Under the pieces are notes generated by a model. That model was not told where the DNA came from and ran no database searches. It saw nothing but the letters and a program-made list of their open reading frames with translations. A stretch of 63,995 nt of DNA, counting the filler, from Octopus bimaculoides (lineage: Eukaryota), in NCBI RefSeq assembly GCF_001194135.2. It is 5 parts of 5 records of this genome, joined end to end, with 100 filler letters (N's around TTAATTAATTAA, not from the genome) between each part and the next. Parts side by side here need not be neighbours in the genome. Positions count along the whole stretch, not along the records: positions 1 to 27,975 come from NC_068996.1; positions 28,076 to 34,087 come from NC_068984.1; positions 34,188 to 45,579 come from NC_068999.1; 2 more parts are not named here. One strand, given 5' to 3'. Within the stretch, counting starts at the first letter, position 1. The number at the start of each line of letters is the position of its first letter. Both the position numbers and the translations under genes were made by a program. Positions 25,740 through 40,260 of this stretch are shown here, piece by piece.

Positions 25740-26130
25740 ATTTCAACATCAACAACAGGTTGTTTTTGCTTGTATGTATGTATATGTGCAGATTTGTAGG
25801 TTTTGCTTTGTGTATGTATTCTCCTGCATATAGTTGCATATCTAGACACGCTCATATATATTTAAATGATAAACTTCTGGAAAGTTATACAGAGGAGCCT
25901 TATTTCGAGAAGCCTTATTTCGAGAAGCCTTATTTCGAGAAGCCTTATTTCTCAAGATTGGTATTTATGCAGCGTGTTACATATCCTAGCGCTCCATTAA
26001 ATACAAGTATAAATGGGAACTTGTAATCTGGATAGAGTACCTTCAAATTTCTCAATAAGAGTTCTCTTTTTCACCGATCTTCAGCTTTATGTTAACATAC
26101 GATGGACAGCTAATTTCCACAACCGTGCAC
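25740..26130 (-). mobile_element. R4-like LINE 3' remnant carrying a 15-bp tandem amplification
   Basis: LRNLKVLYPDYKFPFILVFNGALGYVTRCINTNLEK; unit AGCCTTATTTCGAGA present 3-4 times at about 25894-25950. Confidence 0.75.
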
Positions 26131-26261
26131 CGTTTCTCTTCTCTATCCTAAATAATTAAATCAAGTCTGTTGTAATTGGTTGATATTTCCTGATCCTGGA
26201 TTGCAAACGCATACCCTCCAAACTGGAATCTAGTAATGTATGTATATATATATATATTTGT

Positions 26262-26570
26262 GAAGACGTGTGGCTTAGTGGTTAGGACATTCGGCTCATG
26301 ATGGTAAGGTCGTGAGTTCGATTCCCAGCGTCGCGTTGTGTCCTTGAGCAAGACACTTTATTACACGTTACTCCAGTTCACTCAGCTGGCAAAAATGATT
26401 AGTACCTGTATTTCAAGGGGCCAGCTTTGTCACGCTGAGTCTCCCTGAGAACTACGTTAAGGGTACACGTGTCTGTAGGTTGCTCTGTCACTTTCGTGTT
26501 AATTTCACGAGCAAGCTGTTCCGTTGATCGTATCAGCTGGGACCCTCATCGTCGTAACCAACGGAGTGCT
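26262..26570 (+). mobile_element. tRNA-derived SINE with an alternative head and the family B tail
   Basis: A box TGGCTTAGTGG, B box GTTCGATTCC, core TGTGTCCTTGAGCAAGACACTT; tail shared with 31900-32048. Confidence 0.85.
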
Positions 26571-26575
26571 CCTTT

Positions 26576-26621
<46 letters not shown>

Positions 26622-26786
26622 TGTATAATGTATGTATGTGTGTGTATGTGTGTGTATAATGTATGTATGTATACATATATATAATGCGTGTATATATACA
26701 TACAAAAAGACACATAAATAGAATCATTTATGCAACACGCATACAGACACAGCACCCAACTAAACACAGAATATATATGCCCGCAG

Positions 26787-26850
<64 letters not shown>

Positions 26851-27284
26851 TTATGCATAGCCATGTTCATGGTGTCTGTGTAGGTGTGTGTGTGTGTGTG
26901 CAACATGTGATGTATATGCCACTGATAAATGTAATTTATCATAAATGTGGACAGCAAACATTTGACTTTGAAGTCTTGGATCCTCTCGGCAAACCGACAC
27001 ATCGACTGGATTTGATTTACTCATCAGATAGATTATGTCCAGTTCCAGAATTATGACGCATTGTACAATACCAAGACAGGTGTATTTTGTCGGTTGTAAA
27101 CTAGCCAGGTTTGATGCCACAGCGGGGAAGCCCCTTGCCTATACACACATGTACACATACACTTGTGTATATACACATATATGTGGTGAGGGAGAGAGCA
27201 TAGGGAGGACATGCTAAATATGTATGTATATACGCATATACATATGCAGATATGTGTGTGTGTGTATGTGTGTGCGTGTGTGTG

Positions 27285-27470
27285 TAGAAGGTTCTCTGCG
27301 TGGCTTGCTTCCCAACTACATTGTTCCAGGTTCAGTTCCATTCAGTGACACATTGGACAAGTGTCTGCCGCTTTAGCATCGAACCGACCAATGTCGTGTG
27401 GGTGGATTTGGTAGACGGAAACTGAATGAAACCCATAGTTTGTGTGCACACACACATATATATATACATA
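27285..27470 (+). mobile_element. SINE family A head (degenerate)
   Basis: GCTTGCTTCCCAACTACA...GGATTTGGTAGACGGAAACTGAATGAAACCC. Confidence 0.8.
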
Positions 27471-27897
27471 TATATGGACACATAAATACATACATACATG
27501 CATATATTTGATATGTTTATCCGCATAATTGCCTCCATATCTGCTCATCTGCATTCCTTTAATAGCCACTCTTTACCCCGCGAAACTGGCCCCTCGTAAC
27601 GACATCTGAGTCTAAGTTCGAATCATTTGAGCGCTAAAACGTGTTTTCTACAACGAGAACCTCTTGATCTCACCTGTTGACTGTATACATACGTATAGAT
27701 AGATTGATACAGTGATACAAACAGGATAAATAGAACATAAAATATTAGGGTATGTATATTTTTATTAATATTTAGTAGAAGTAAGAGTGACACCAAGTCC
27801 AAAAATTGCGTGAGTTGGCATCTATCAAAATTTGATAAGCACCAATGCACGTAATTTTCGGACCTTCTGCTAAATATTAATAAACACACACACACGA

Positions 27898-27931
<34 letters not shown>

Positions 27932-28075
27932 ACATGCATACATACATACATACATACATACATACATACATTATANNNNNNNNNNNNNNNNNNNNNNNNN
28001 NNNNNNNNNNNNNNNNNNNTTAATTAATTAANNNNNNNNNNNNNNNNNNNNNNNNNNNNNNNNNNNNNNNNNNNN

Positions 28076-28300
28076 CACCACAACTTTCTCTCACTTTTTC
28101 TTCCTGTTTCTGTTGTACCTGTATTTCAAAGGGCCAGCCTTGTCACACTGTGTCATGCTGAATCTCCCCAAGAACTATGTTAAGGTTACACATGTCTGTG
28201 GATTGCTCAACTACTTGCACGTTAATTTCATTAATTTCATGAGCAGGCTGTTCCGTTGATCGGATCAACTAGAACCCTCATAGTCATAACCGATGGAGTG
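28076..28300 (+). mobile_element. SINE family B, 3' part
   Basis: Matches the 3' portion of 31694-32048. Confidence 0.85.
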
Positions 28301-29076
28301 CAATGATATATCATCATCATCATCATCATCGTTTAACGTCCGCTTTCCATGCTAGCATGGGTTGGACGATTTGACTGAGGACTGGTGAAACCGGATGGCA
28401 ACNNNNNNNNNNNNNNNNNNNNNNNNNNNNNNNNNNNNNNNNNNNNNNNNNNNNNNNNNNNNNNNNNNNNNNNNNNNNNNNNNNNNNNNNNNNNNNNNNN
28501 NNNNNNNNNNNNNNNNNNNNNNNNNNNNNNNNNNNNNNNNNNNNNNNNNNNNNNNNNNNNNNNNNNNNNNNNNNNNNNNNNNNNNNNNNNNNNNNNNNNN
28601 NNNNNNNNNNNNNNNNNNNNNNNNNNNNNNNNNNNNNNNNNNNNNNNNNNNNNNNNNNNNNNNNNNNNNNNNNNNNNNNNNNNNNNNNNNNNNNNNNNNN
28701 NNNNNNNNNNNNNNNNNNNNNNNNNNNNNNNNNNNNNNNNNNNNNNNNNNNNNNNNNNNNNNNNNNNNNNNNNNNNNNNNNNNNNNNNNNNNNNNNNNNN
28801 NNNNNNNNNNNNNNNNNNNNNNNNNNNNNNNNNNNNNNNNNNNNNNNNNNNAGGGAAATGTCATGAGATCAAAACCTATAATTATTTCAAGTAATCAACT
28901 CAAAAATATGGTATTATTCCCATACCAGCCTGAATTTAAGAAAAGTGTTTATTTGGAAACTAGCAGCTCCAGTACAAGAGCTAATATTGGAAATTCCAGA
29001 ATAATTTAAACTAAGCAGACATTGAAAGTTAATACAAGTATATAATAATCACTGTGTATGTATATGATACCCTGCC

Positions 29077-29118
<42 letters not shown>

Positions 29119-30234
29119 ACACTAATACACACACATATATAGAGGCATGGCACAGGTGCAGAATATGACTGTGTGGGTGGATTTGACTGTCTTAAATTAT
29201 AAAAATAATCCCTACAGTAATAAATATGTGAAGAGGAAGTGTCAACATAATTAACCCTCTCATTATCTAAAATTACTTTTAGTCCTCTGATCTCAGCTAG
29301 TTTTAGTCACCTTTCATCTATTATATTACAATCTCACCTCAGAAAGCCAAATCTATCCGGATATTACCATCCCAACAATATCATTTATCTTCTCACATTT
29401 TAACCCTTTAACAATCAGATTACTCTGCCAAATTTAATGCTTATTTATTCACATTGTTTTTAATTAACCATGCATTATCTCATAGCTTTGAGAATCTGAT
29501 GATGCAACTGTCATTGCTGTGAGAGGCCAGATTTGGCTGGTTCAAACATAAAATAGGTAGAATATTTAAGGCTGGATATGGCCAGTTTAAATGCTAAAGA
29601 GTTAATTAAAATATTGACATCATTCTCATTATTGTATAAGCTGCATTAGATTGTAACAATGTGAATATTTTTCTTTCTCATTCATTTGAATTTTACAGCA
29701 ATCATTGCAGGTAGATAACTGTTTCATATTTAATAACAGGGAACCTGAGTTCCAAGGGCTTTCAAAAGGAAGAAGTGGTTACAAGAAATGGAAAAATTTG
29801 GCATGATAAAATACATTCAGACACATTCAAAAATGGTGATGCAAGGACATTCGGTTGTAAAAGGCATGTTGAAAAGCACAAATGAACAAAAGAGAGGTGG
29901 ACCATGCAAGCCATATACAGTCTAGGAATCTAGTAACTCTGAATTTTTTTATGAAAAGTGAAACATAGAATAGGAGCCACTTAATGTCATTGCTGACAAT
30001 CACTCTAGGGCCAGTGGTAAAATTATATGAACATAGTCCATGTTGTATACAGTTTGGTGACGGTAATAAAGAATCAGGGCTGCAGAAATCACACAAGAAA
30101 ATATATAAATAAAAGCACATACATAACAACAAAGACAGAGAGTTTTCTTTGTTGATGCGTGTGCTAGATGACTGGAACAGTTAGTGAGATACTTTAAGCC
30201 CTGTTTATATTATCATGCCAGCATAGTAATATCA

Positions 30235-31000
30235 TTTATCTTTTACTTGTTTCGGTTACTGGACTGCAACCATGCAAGGGCATTTCCCTAAAGGATCTAG
30301 TCAAATAAATCAACCCCAGTACTTATTCCATCAGTCTCTTTTGGTAAGACACTAAGTTACAAGAATGTAAACAAAGCAACACTGGTTATCAAATGGTGGT
30401 GGGACACAAAAATACACACAGGCTTCTTTCAGTTTCTGTCAACCAAATCTATTCACAAGACTTCGGTCAGCCTGGGGAAAATGATAGATGAGACTTGCCC
30501 AAGGTTCCAGACAAAACCCAGATTCATGTGATCAAGAAGCAAGTTTCTTACCACACAGCCACTGTATGTATGTATATATACATATATGTGTGGTAAGAAG
30601 CTTGCTTCCCAGCCACATGGTCTCAGGTTCAGTCTCACTGCATGGCACCTTAGGCAAGCGCCTTCTACTACTACAGACTCAGACTGACCAAGCCTTGCGA
30701 GTGGATTTGGTGGACAGAAACTGAAAGAAACCCATCTCACACACACACACACACACACGCACATGCATGTGTGTGAGTGTGTATGTGTGTATCTATATGT
30801 GGTTGTCTTAGTCTTTCTCCCCCACCATCACTCAACAACTGGTGTTATTTTTATGTCCCCATAACTTAACAGTTTGACATAAGACACCAAAGGAACAAGT
30901 ACCAGGCTTTAAAAAGTCCTGGTCTTGATTTGATCGGCTAAATACCTCTGGGTACTGCCCCAGCATGGCCATAATCCAATAACTGAAACAAGTAAAAGGA
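30235..31000. mobile_element. Head-to-head pair of family A SINEs (minus 30235-30565, plus 30588-31000)
   Basis: ...CTTACCACACAGCCAC, about 25 nt, then GTGTGGTAAGAAGCTTG... Confidence 0.85.
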
Positions 31001-31693
31001 TATAATATCATAAGCTATCGGTATGCATACCTAACTACCTACCTACCTACCTACCTCTATACATACAAATCCTACACATGCACACACACACAACTTCATT
31101 GCAGTTAGGATCACAAGTTCTCTCTCAGTGAAGTTCATCATATATCAGTCAATATCCATAATAAAGGATCTACTGGTGTACAATTGGTAATTACTGTACA
31201 AAGAAAATTATGTCGCACCCAAGAGAGCATATGAATTAATTAATTCTTTATAATAGAGTATTTCAAGCCTTGCTATATATAATCAAAATTCTGACTTCTC
31301 TGTTGTTAGACCTGTATGTTTTCTCAAGGGATAAAATATTTTTTGAGCAAGACTAGAAATACTTTTGTATATAGAATTATTTATCACACTTGACGACATG
31401 TTATGTAGCATGTGACACACATTATTCTTATATATCTAAGTATTAGTTTACATCTGTTACTATACATAAGGTGGTGGGTTGGCGAGGTCAATTCTTACCA
31501 TGGTTTGCTTTTATCTTCCAACCTTCCTGGGGGCCAATATAAAATAAGTTGTTGCAGAATAATGAAGTCAATGAAATTGACTTTGCCCTGGCCCCATTTG
31601 CTGAGGACCCATTCATAGATGAATATCTCTAATCACCAAAACTTCAAGCAACTCACTGCTTATGTACACTAGCACAGGGATAATTAAAAAGCA

Positions 31694-32048
31694 TGGAGGC
31701 GCAATGGCCCAGTGGCTAGGGCAGCGGACTCGTGGTCATAGGATCACGGTTTTGATTCCCAGACAGGGCGTTGTGAGTGTTTATTGAGCGAAAACACCTA
31801 AAGCTCCACGAGGCTCCGGCAGGGGATGGTGGTGAACCCTGCTGTACTCTTTCACCACAACTTTCTCTCACTCTTACTTCCTGTTTCTGTTGTGCCTGTA
31901 ATTCAAAGGGTTGGCCTTGCCACATTGTGTCACGCTGAATATCCCCAAGAACTACGTTAAGAGTACACATGTCTGTGGAGTGCTCAGCCACTTGCACGTT
32001 AATTTCACGAGCAGGCTGTTCCGTTGATCGGATCAACTGGAACCCTCA
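31694..32048 (+). mobile_element. SINE family B, near full length
   Basis: GGAGGCGCAATGGCCCAGTGG (A box) and GGTTTTGATTCC (B-box-like), followed by a non-tRNA body. Confidence 0.9.
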
Positions 32049-32919
32049 NNNNNNNNNNNNNNNNNNNNNNNNNNNNNNNNNNNNNNNNNNNNNNNNNNNN
32101 NNNNNNNNNNNNNNNNNNNNNNNNNNNNNNNNNNNNNNNNNNNNNNNNNNNNNNNNNNNNNNNNNNNNNNNNNNNNNNNNNNNNNNNNNNNNNNNNNNNN
32201 NNNNNNNNNNNNNNNNNNNNNNNNNNNNNNNNNNNNNNNNNNNNNNNNNNNNNNNNNNNNNNNNNNNNNNNNNNNNNNNNNNNNNNNNNNNNNNNNNNNN
32301 NNNNNNNNNNNNNNNNNNNNNNNNNNNNNNNNNNNNNNNNNNNNNNNNNNNNNNNNNNNNNNNNNNNNNNNNNNGGAGGGGGTTGACCTTATGATAGGGA
32401 ATGAGAGGTTAAAGTATGAGAGAGGGGGAGGAGTCAAAGCAGTTTCTTGCAGAGGAGCTGCATGGCTACTCAGATTCAGTTAAGAGAGAGATAAAAAAAA
32501 AAAAAACGATCAGTAGGAGCTGCAAAGAGATAGTGACAATGAAGTGTCCAGGTGGCCCCTCACAACACAAGGTAAGTAGATATTACCATTCTTATCATCA
32601 TTGTTTTACATCTGCTTTACCATATTGGTATGGCTTGCATTTGTTTTTTAAGGAAGTGTTTTATGACTTAACAACCTTTGTCTTATGACAAATAAGGACA
32701 CAACATACCTATACTGTATCTTGGTTTATACCATAAAAAAGTATGTTTTTAGCAATGATGTTTCATGTTTGGTAGTTCTGCGAGATGGCAGGGTATAAAA
32801 AAAATTATCACATCACTACCATTTTATTAATGAGATCTTCAACATTTCATTATATTATGGAGCATTTTTTCCTTTTTAAGATTGATATTACTTTTAAAAA
32901 ATACATAAAAAAACACAGG

Positions 32920-33295
32920 TGCAAACATGGTTGTGATTATGAAGCTTGCTTTGCAACTACATGGTTTCAGATTCAGTCTCACTGCGCTGTGACTTGGGCT
33001 ACAGCCTCAGGTCAACTAATGCCTTGTCAGTGAATTAGTGAATATGGTACACGAAAACTGTGTGGAAGCCTATCATATGTGTGTGATTGTGTGTGTGTTG
33101 GTCCCACCACCACCACGTGACAAACGGAGTTGGTTTGTTTACATCCACAAAATTTAGCAGTTTGGCAAAAAAATACTGACAGAATAAGTACCAGACTTTA
33201 AAAAAGAAAAAAAAAGTAGTGGGGTGAGTTTGTTTTGACTACACACTTCCAGTAGGGCTGCAGTCCAATGACTGAAGCAAGTAAATGATAAAAAA
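32920..33295 (+). mobile_element. SINE family A (degenerate, full length)
   Basis: Head, short TG tract and tail ending CAGTCCAATGACTGAAGCAAGTAAA. Confidence 0.8.
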
Positions 33296-33867
33296 GATTG
33301 ATTGTAAATTAAATAGCTGTTGTGGAGAAAGTTGTTCAAAAAGACTGGAAGCTGGAAATATTTCATATTATTACTCTAGTGAATCACTTGCTTTTTAAAC
33401 TTAGAGTTCAAAAGAGTAAAATTTATTGTGTAATACAAAGCATACACACTGCATTTATCTGCCGGCCTTGATTTTATCCTGACCTATACTTTGGTCCTTA
33501 AGTCAGCTGGTTATGAGTGAGACAACATGTCTAGAGTGCTTTGCTGGTGAAAAGAATAATAGATGCTTTCATTTAGAGTGATATTTCCCAGCATTTAAAA
33601 AGCACAGTAGCTAAAAAAAAGGAAAGAAAGAAAATACCATACAGCTTGATTTGTTAACTGTATATATAGTATAAGAAAATATAGGAAAAGAAGAAAAGAG
33701 ATTTGATTTTTGTACCTCTAAAACTATGCAAAACACACTCAAACTTTGTACTTACAATGATTTATCACCAAGGTTTATTGCTTTAAACCAACAAAAATTT
33801 ATTGAAATCTAAATTCTAGTTTATACTGTTTTTCTCATTGTAAAGTGTGTGTGTGTGTATGTATGTG

Positions 33868-33926
<59 letters not shown>

Positions 33927-34187
33927 TACATACATATATCTCATCATCATCATCATTGTTTAAAATCTACTTCCTATGCTGGCAGAGGTTGGATGGTTTG
34001 ACAGGATCCAGCAGATTGCGAGCTGCTTTTGCATGGTTTCCACAGCTGGATGCCCTTTCCAACACCAACCACTTTACATAGTGTACTNNNNNNNNNNNNN
34101 NNNNNNNNNNNNNNNNNNNNNNNNNNNNNNNTTAATTAATTAANNNNNNNNNNNNNNNNNNNNNNNNNNNNNNNNNNNNNNNNNNNN

Positions 34188-34220
<33 letters not shown>

Positions 34221-34712
34221 AATATATATATGTATATATGCGTATATGGTTGTGTGTGTGTGTGTTTGTATGTGTACAAGTAAGAATGCATGTATGTATC
34301 AGTGTGCGTGTGTATATATGGCGAGTGTTTGAAATTGCATTCATTAGGCATCGTGTAAGATAATATCACGATTGCGTAAGCACATGTATTGCGTAGAGTG
34401 TTTAATATTGAAAAATATTTTCATTGCAATAGTATTACGTTCAAAGTCATGTATACGACTGCTGTAGAAGAATGTATTGAGAAAATATGAATATATATAT
34501 GCAAACACGTATATATGTATTGATGTGTCTGTGTGTGCATGTGTATTTGTGTGTGTGTTTTCGTGTGTTAGCGTGTGTGTGTGTGTTTGTGTTTATATAT
34601 CGAAATAGAGAGATAGATAACTAAATACTTGCATATGTGTCTATTTATGAACTTATCCGTGTATGGTTCACTATGTATTTATGTATGCATATATATATAT
34701 ATATATATATAT

Positions 34713-34795
<83 letters not shown>

Positions 34796-35589
34796 AGATA
34801 TAATTAATCTAGCATAGAGGAAAAAAATCTATATTTCCAGTTTTGAAGATCCTGCCACATCTTTGTCACAATTCCCTGATTTAAAACGCAAATGAAACTA
34901 AAATATTTTTTGCTTACTAGATGTCTTCTAGTGACGAATATCTTTATATTATTTACTTTTTTCCGTCTTACACTTGTTTCGGTTATTGGACTGCGGTTAT
35001 ATTGATTCAATTCCACTGTTGTTTTTCTAGTTGGGTTCTGAATCCATACGCCAGATTATCAAATTTAATTCTCTTGTGTAAATTAAATCTTTCCTCAAAT
35101 CTCTCTTTGAGAGAAAGTAAGTCTGTTCTGGATACAGCTATCTTCATCTCCATAGGTCCTAAATCGTAATGCAAATATTTGTGGCCGTTTTGCTTTGATG
35201 TATTCTATTTGCATTCGATTTATGGTTCCATGACTAAACTATGTCTTCTTTAAAATTTTCTCTGTTCCAAGCAATGTAGTATTACTTTGGATAGGATCAT
35301 ATTAAATTTCTCAATCAGTATAATCGTAGTAGATCATATTTGGGATCGGTTAACTGCGTATTTAATGCATAACAGAATTTAGAAATGCCAATTTATCCGA
35401 AACGCGCGAAAGCTAATCAGACAATGTATAATTTTCAATTCTTTTGTGCTTTTGTTTTATATTCTGTGACATATGTAGGTACTTGTGTAACTGAACAGCA
35501 GATATGCAAATTGGACAACAAAAAAAAAGGATGTAATTTTATGGCCGACCACTGACACATATACGCATAGATAGATATATACATACATA

Positions 35590-35757
35590 TGAGGGCCTTC
35601 TTTCTGTTTCCGTCTACCATATATACTCAGAAAACTTAAATCAGCCCGATGCTATAGTAGAAGACGCTCACCTAAAGTGACACGCAGCAGAACGCAGTAG
35701 AACCGAATCAGGAATCATGTGGTCGGAAAGCAGACATCTTACCATACAGCCACGCCT
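35590..35757 (-). mobile_element. SINE family A head (degenerate)
   Basis: Reverse complement of GGCGTGGCTGTATGGTAAG... Confidence 0.75.
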
Positions 35758-38030
35758 TAACCTATTAGATCATAAAGTTAGATTGAATTATGTTAGAGTT
35801 GTCTTTTAATCCTAGATCAACTCCGATCCAGCATAATGATGATCAAATTCATTCAGGGTCTAAACATCGCATTTAATGTAGCATTATGCAAGACTACTAT
35901 AAATGATGTAATCTTTAATTATATAAAACAGCATGGTGTGATTCAATGAAGATTTTGCTTATGTCTATAACCTGTTTTTTTTTTTGCTATCGTCTGAATA
36001 TGAAATAATTTGTCACTGTGTTTTGTATCAAGAGGAATTAAGCATCACTGAGACCAAACTGTTCCATAACATAATAACACAGCCAAGTAATAACAGTGCG
36101 ACCAAGTAGCAAAATACTCGTATAAATTTGTGCTGCTTACGAGCACGGTACGTTGAGAGATGACTTAAACTGGATAAAATGGTAAGTAAACTCATAAGAC
36201 GACTGAGTTGGACTCAATGAAAAATGTGTATAGTATATTTTAATCCCTCTTCCACGTTCATTCAAAGAAACTTTAAAGTTGTGTAACGCATTACGTTAGT
36301 TCCATTTGTATCGGAAACAAAGTCGCTTACCTTTATCTGTCGAATTTATAAATCTGTATTTCAGTCACAATATGAATTAAATAATGTCGAGAAATACGAA
36401 TCAATAGCACAATGAATGGAAAATTATACAGTATCTAACCCGCTTATGTGCGTTTCGGATAGACTGGCATACCAACATTTTACTATGCTAAAAAAAAATC
36501 ATTTTATGTCATATCTGAACTTGTTAGTGATATTTGTTACAAAATTTGACACAAGGCCAACACATTTGAAGACCAATAGAGCTTTGGATATGTGCCTGAT
36601 GTGGCACAAACTTCACCAATTGATACGACACAATTATATGGACAAGATCCTACCCTTATTGGACAGTTGAAGGACGGGTCGAAACGAATTTCGTACTGAA
36701 TAAAAACTGGTGCTAAATCTATCTTCCGTTCCCTTCATCAATTATACACACACACGCACACACAGACACACACACACACACATATATATATACACATAAA
36801 CGCACACACATATATATACACATATACACACATATATATATATATCATTACATGCATGTATACATATATATATATATATCATTATATGCATGTATACATG
36901 TATATATATCAGTATATGCATGTATACATATATATATATCATTATATGCATGTATACACATATATATATATACATATATATTTATGCATATATATCATTT
37001 ATATTATATTATATTATATTGTATATATATATATATATATATATNNNNNNNNNNNNNNNNNNNNNNNNNNNNNNNNNNNNNNNNNNNNNNNNNNNNNNNN
37101 NNNNNNNNNNNNNNNNNNNNNNNNNNNNNNNNNNNNNNNNNNNNNNNNNNNNNNNNNNNNNNNNNNNNNNNNNNNNNNNNNNNNNNNNNNNNNNNNNNNN
37201 NNNNNNNNNNNNNNNNNNNNNNNNNNNNNNNNNNNNNNNNNNNNNNNNNNNNNNNNNNNNNNNNNNNNNNNNNNNNNNNNNNNNNNNNNNNNNNNNNNNN
37301 NNNNNNNNNNNNNNNNNNNNNNNNNNNNNNNNNNNNNNNNNNNNNNNNNNNNNNNNNNNNNNNNNNNNNNNNNNNNNNNNNNNNNNNNNNNNNNNNNNNN
37401 NNNNNNNNNNNNNNNNNNNNNNNNNNNNNNNNNNNNNNNNNNNNNNNNNNNNNNNNNNNNNNNNNNNNNNNNNNNNNNNNNNNNNNNNNNNNNNNNNNNN
37501 NNNNNNNNNNNNNNNNNNNNNNNNNNNNNNNNNNNNNNNNNNNNNNNNNNNNNNNNNNNNNNNNNNNNNNNNNNNNNNNNNNNNNNNNNNNNNNNNNNNN
37601 NNNNNNNNNNNNNNNNNNNNNNNNNNNNNNNNNNNNNNNNNNNNNNNNNNNNNNNNNNNNNNNNNNNNNNNNNNNNNNNNNNNNNNNNNNNNNNNNNNNN
37701 NNNNNNNNNNNNNNNNNNNNNNNNNNNNNNNNNNNNNNNNNNNNNNNNNNNNNNNNNNNNNNNNNNNNNNNNNNNNNNNNNNNNNNNNNNNNNNNNNNNN
37801 NNNNNNNNNNNNNNNNNNNNNNNNNNNNNNNNNNNNNNNNNNNNNNNNNNNNNNNNNNNNNNNNNNNNNNNNNNNNNNNNNNNNNNNNNNNNNNNNNNNN
37901 NNNNNNNNNNNNNNNNNNNNNNNNNNNNNNNNNNNNNNNNNNNNNNNNNNNNNNNNNNNNNNNNNNNNNNNNNNNNNNNNNNNNNNNNNNNNNNNNNNNN
38001 NNNNNNNNNNNNNNNNNNNNNNNNNNNNNN

Positions 38031-38074
<44 letters not shown>

Positions 38075-39534
38075 GAATGCATGTATGTATATATGTATGT
38101 ATATATGTTATATGTATGTATGGGTGTGTGTGTATGTAAAGCCTTCATATATATGATTTGTATAATTACATAAACATGCTTATGTATTTACTCCTTCATC
38201 ATCTCGTAGTTACGTGTCGGGGAGTTCGACTGGGCTTGCCCACTGCCCTTTTCTGCTATTTCCTATAAAGTCACGTCTACAGTTTTGACTCACATTAACC
38301 CTTGGGGTTCTCACTTGGCACGTGTCATTCGATTCATAACTGGTATGAAGAGCTGACTAGCGAATGTACTATGCACACCTCACGAGCATGGAAAATAAAA
38401 CAAAGAGAATATCACACCCCGTACGTACATACGCACATTCGCCTACGCACGTACACTGCGCATTAGCATACACGCCTTTTATGATTACGTGTATGTGTAT
38501 ATATGTACCTGTACGCATCTCTATATGAATATATATATATATATATATATATATANNNNNNNNNNNNNNNNNNNNNNNNNNNNNNNNNNNNNNNNNNNNN
38601 NNNNNNNNNNNNNNNNNNNNNNNNNNNNNNNNNNNNNNNNNNNNNNNNNNNNNNNNNNNNNNNNNNNNNNNNNNNNNNNNNNNNNNNNNNNNNNNNNNNN
38701 NNNNNNNNNNNNNNNNNNNNNNNNNNNNNNNNNNNNNNNNNNNNNNNNNNNNNNNNNNNNNNNNNNNNNNNNNNNNNNNNNNNNNNNNNNATATATATAT
38801 ATATATATATACACACTTTTTCATTCAGGTGTATGTATGTGTAATTTGTGATCGTATGAATGTAGGAAAGTATGTATTCCTGTATGCATGTATACATTTA
38901 TGTGTATACATATGTATGTATGTATGTATGTAAGGACGGACGTATGTATTTATTTACGTCTGTATGCATGTCTACACTGTATATCTACTTAAGTACAAGC
39001 GTGAGTGTGTGGTTGTGTGTGAGTGGGTGCGTTCGTTCATGTGTATGTGTGAATCTGTATTGTTATGAGTGTATATGCGTATAATCATAAAGGCAAATAA
39101 ATCCAAAATTTATTCAACACAATAACAGCAAAAATAGAATATAAATGCTAAAAACCAACAAACAAATATAAAATAAAAATAAAACAATTATACACTTACA
39201 CACACATTTATACACATACTTACATATACGCATGTATAGCCATGTTTGAATTTGGCTCGAAGACCTAACCGGAAAAATCTTTGATCGTCAAAGAAAATGG
39301 AGAACTTTTCATTAAAATCATATTTCGTGTTATTGTCGAATTTATATTTTTATATTTTATTCTTTTTATGGTTTTTATTTTTAATAATTATATTTATTTG
39401 TTTAATTTAGGCATTAATTTTTGTAATAATATTTCGCTGTTAAAGTAGCTCTGATGTGACAATGTCTTAATCTACACATACGCTTTTACGCACAGAGAAG
39501 CCCGCATGCGCACTCATACACGTATACATACAAT

Positions 39535-39575
<41 letters not shown>

Positions 39576-40049
39576 CATATACATATATAAGCACACAGGC
39601 AACCAGACATTTATACGTATGTATATATGAAGTCTCGATGCGTTTCTAACAGACTGCTATAGTTTCTCTTAAATATAACTGTGGGAATCAACATTGCTTT
39701 TATGAGTTTTTGTTATTATTATTTTAATTTTTTTTGTGCAACTTTGAAGTCAAAATAAAAATGTCAGTTGTAAGATTTTCAAGACATTTTAAAATCGAAA
39801 ATTTCGTTGGTAATTTCGTACAAGAGTCATTGAATATTTAGTAGGGTCAAAATTTCATGAATGTTCGTATTTAACATTTTTATATAGTGATGTATAGCGG
39901 CATAATTTCAAAACCATTCAGTAAAATGGTTTGGTATTTCAGTTTCAATCAAATTATTTTTTCGAAAGTGACCGTCAATTCTTGTTTTGAGTTAGCCGCT
40001 CTTCAGCCATATTTTATATAATCCTAATATTATATTAACTAAATTATAA

Positions 40050-40260
40050 ATAAAAGGAGTACTTTTTAACAAGTTTGGGACATTTACAAACTTTATTCAA
40101 CAAACACAATAACATGTAACAAAAACATCTTTAAATGATTATTCCGGAGCATATTCACCATCTATTTCAATTACTGCTTCCCATTTGCTTGGCAGACGGT
40201 CAGACCGTCAGTTAAAGATTTTTTTGTTAAATACTGTTATTGTCTTTGTTGAATAAAATT
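40050..40260 (-). mobile_element. mariner transposase C-terminal remnant
   Basis: DRLPSKWEAVIEIDGEYAPE* matches the mariner C-terminus (L..RW..VI...G.Y). Confidence 0.75.

Noticed and set aside
25760-26026. ORF with EKPYF repeats resembling a neuropeptide precursor
   Set aside because: It has no dibasic or amidation sites, and the opposite strand is an R4-like LINE remnant with a 15-bp slippage repeat.
27623-27967. Hydrophobic ORF with a strong donor CAG|GTGAGA near 27676
   Set aside because: It starts in a microsatellite, has no Met, and I/L/F/Y richness is expected from AT-rich DNA.
31694-31770. tRNA gene (also 55213, 26262)
   Set aside because: A/B boxes are present but continue into multicopy SINE bodies, with no complete cloverleaf or T-tract terminator.
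32451-36186. Isolated plus-strand donors AAG|GTAAGT (32572) and ATG|GTAAGT (36181)
   Set aside because: No convincing coding frame or partner exons; consensus 6-mers occur by chance at this scale.
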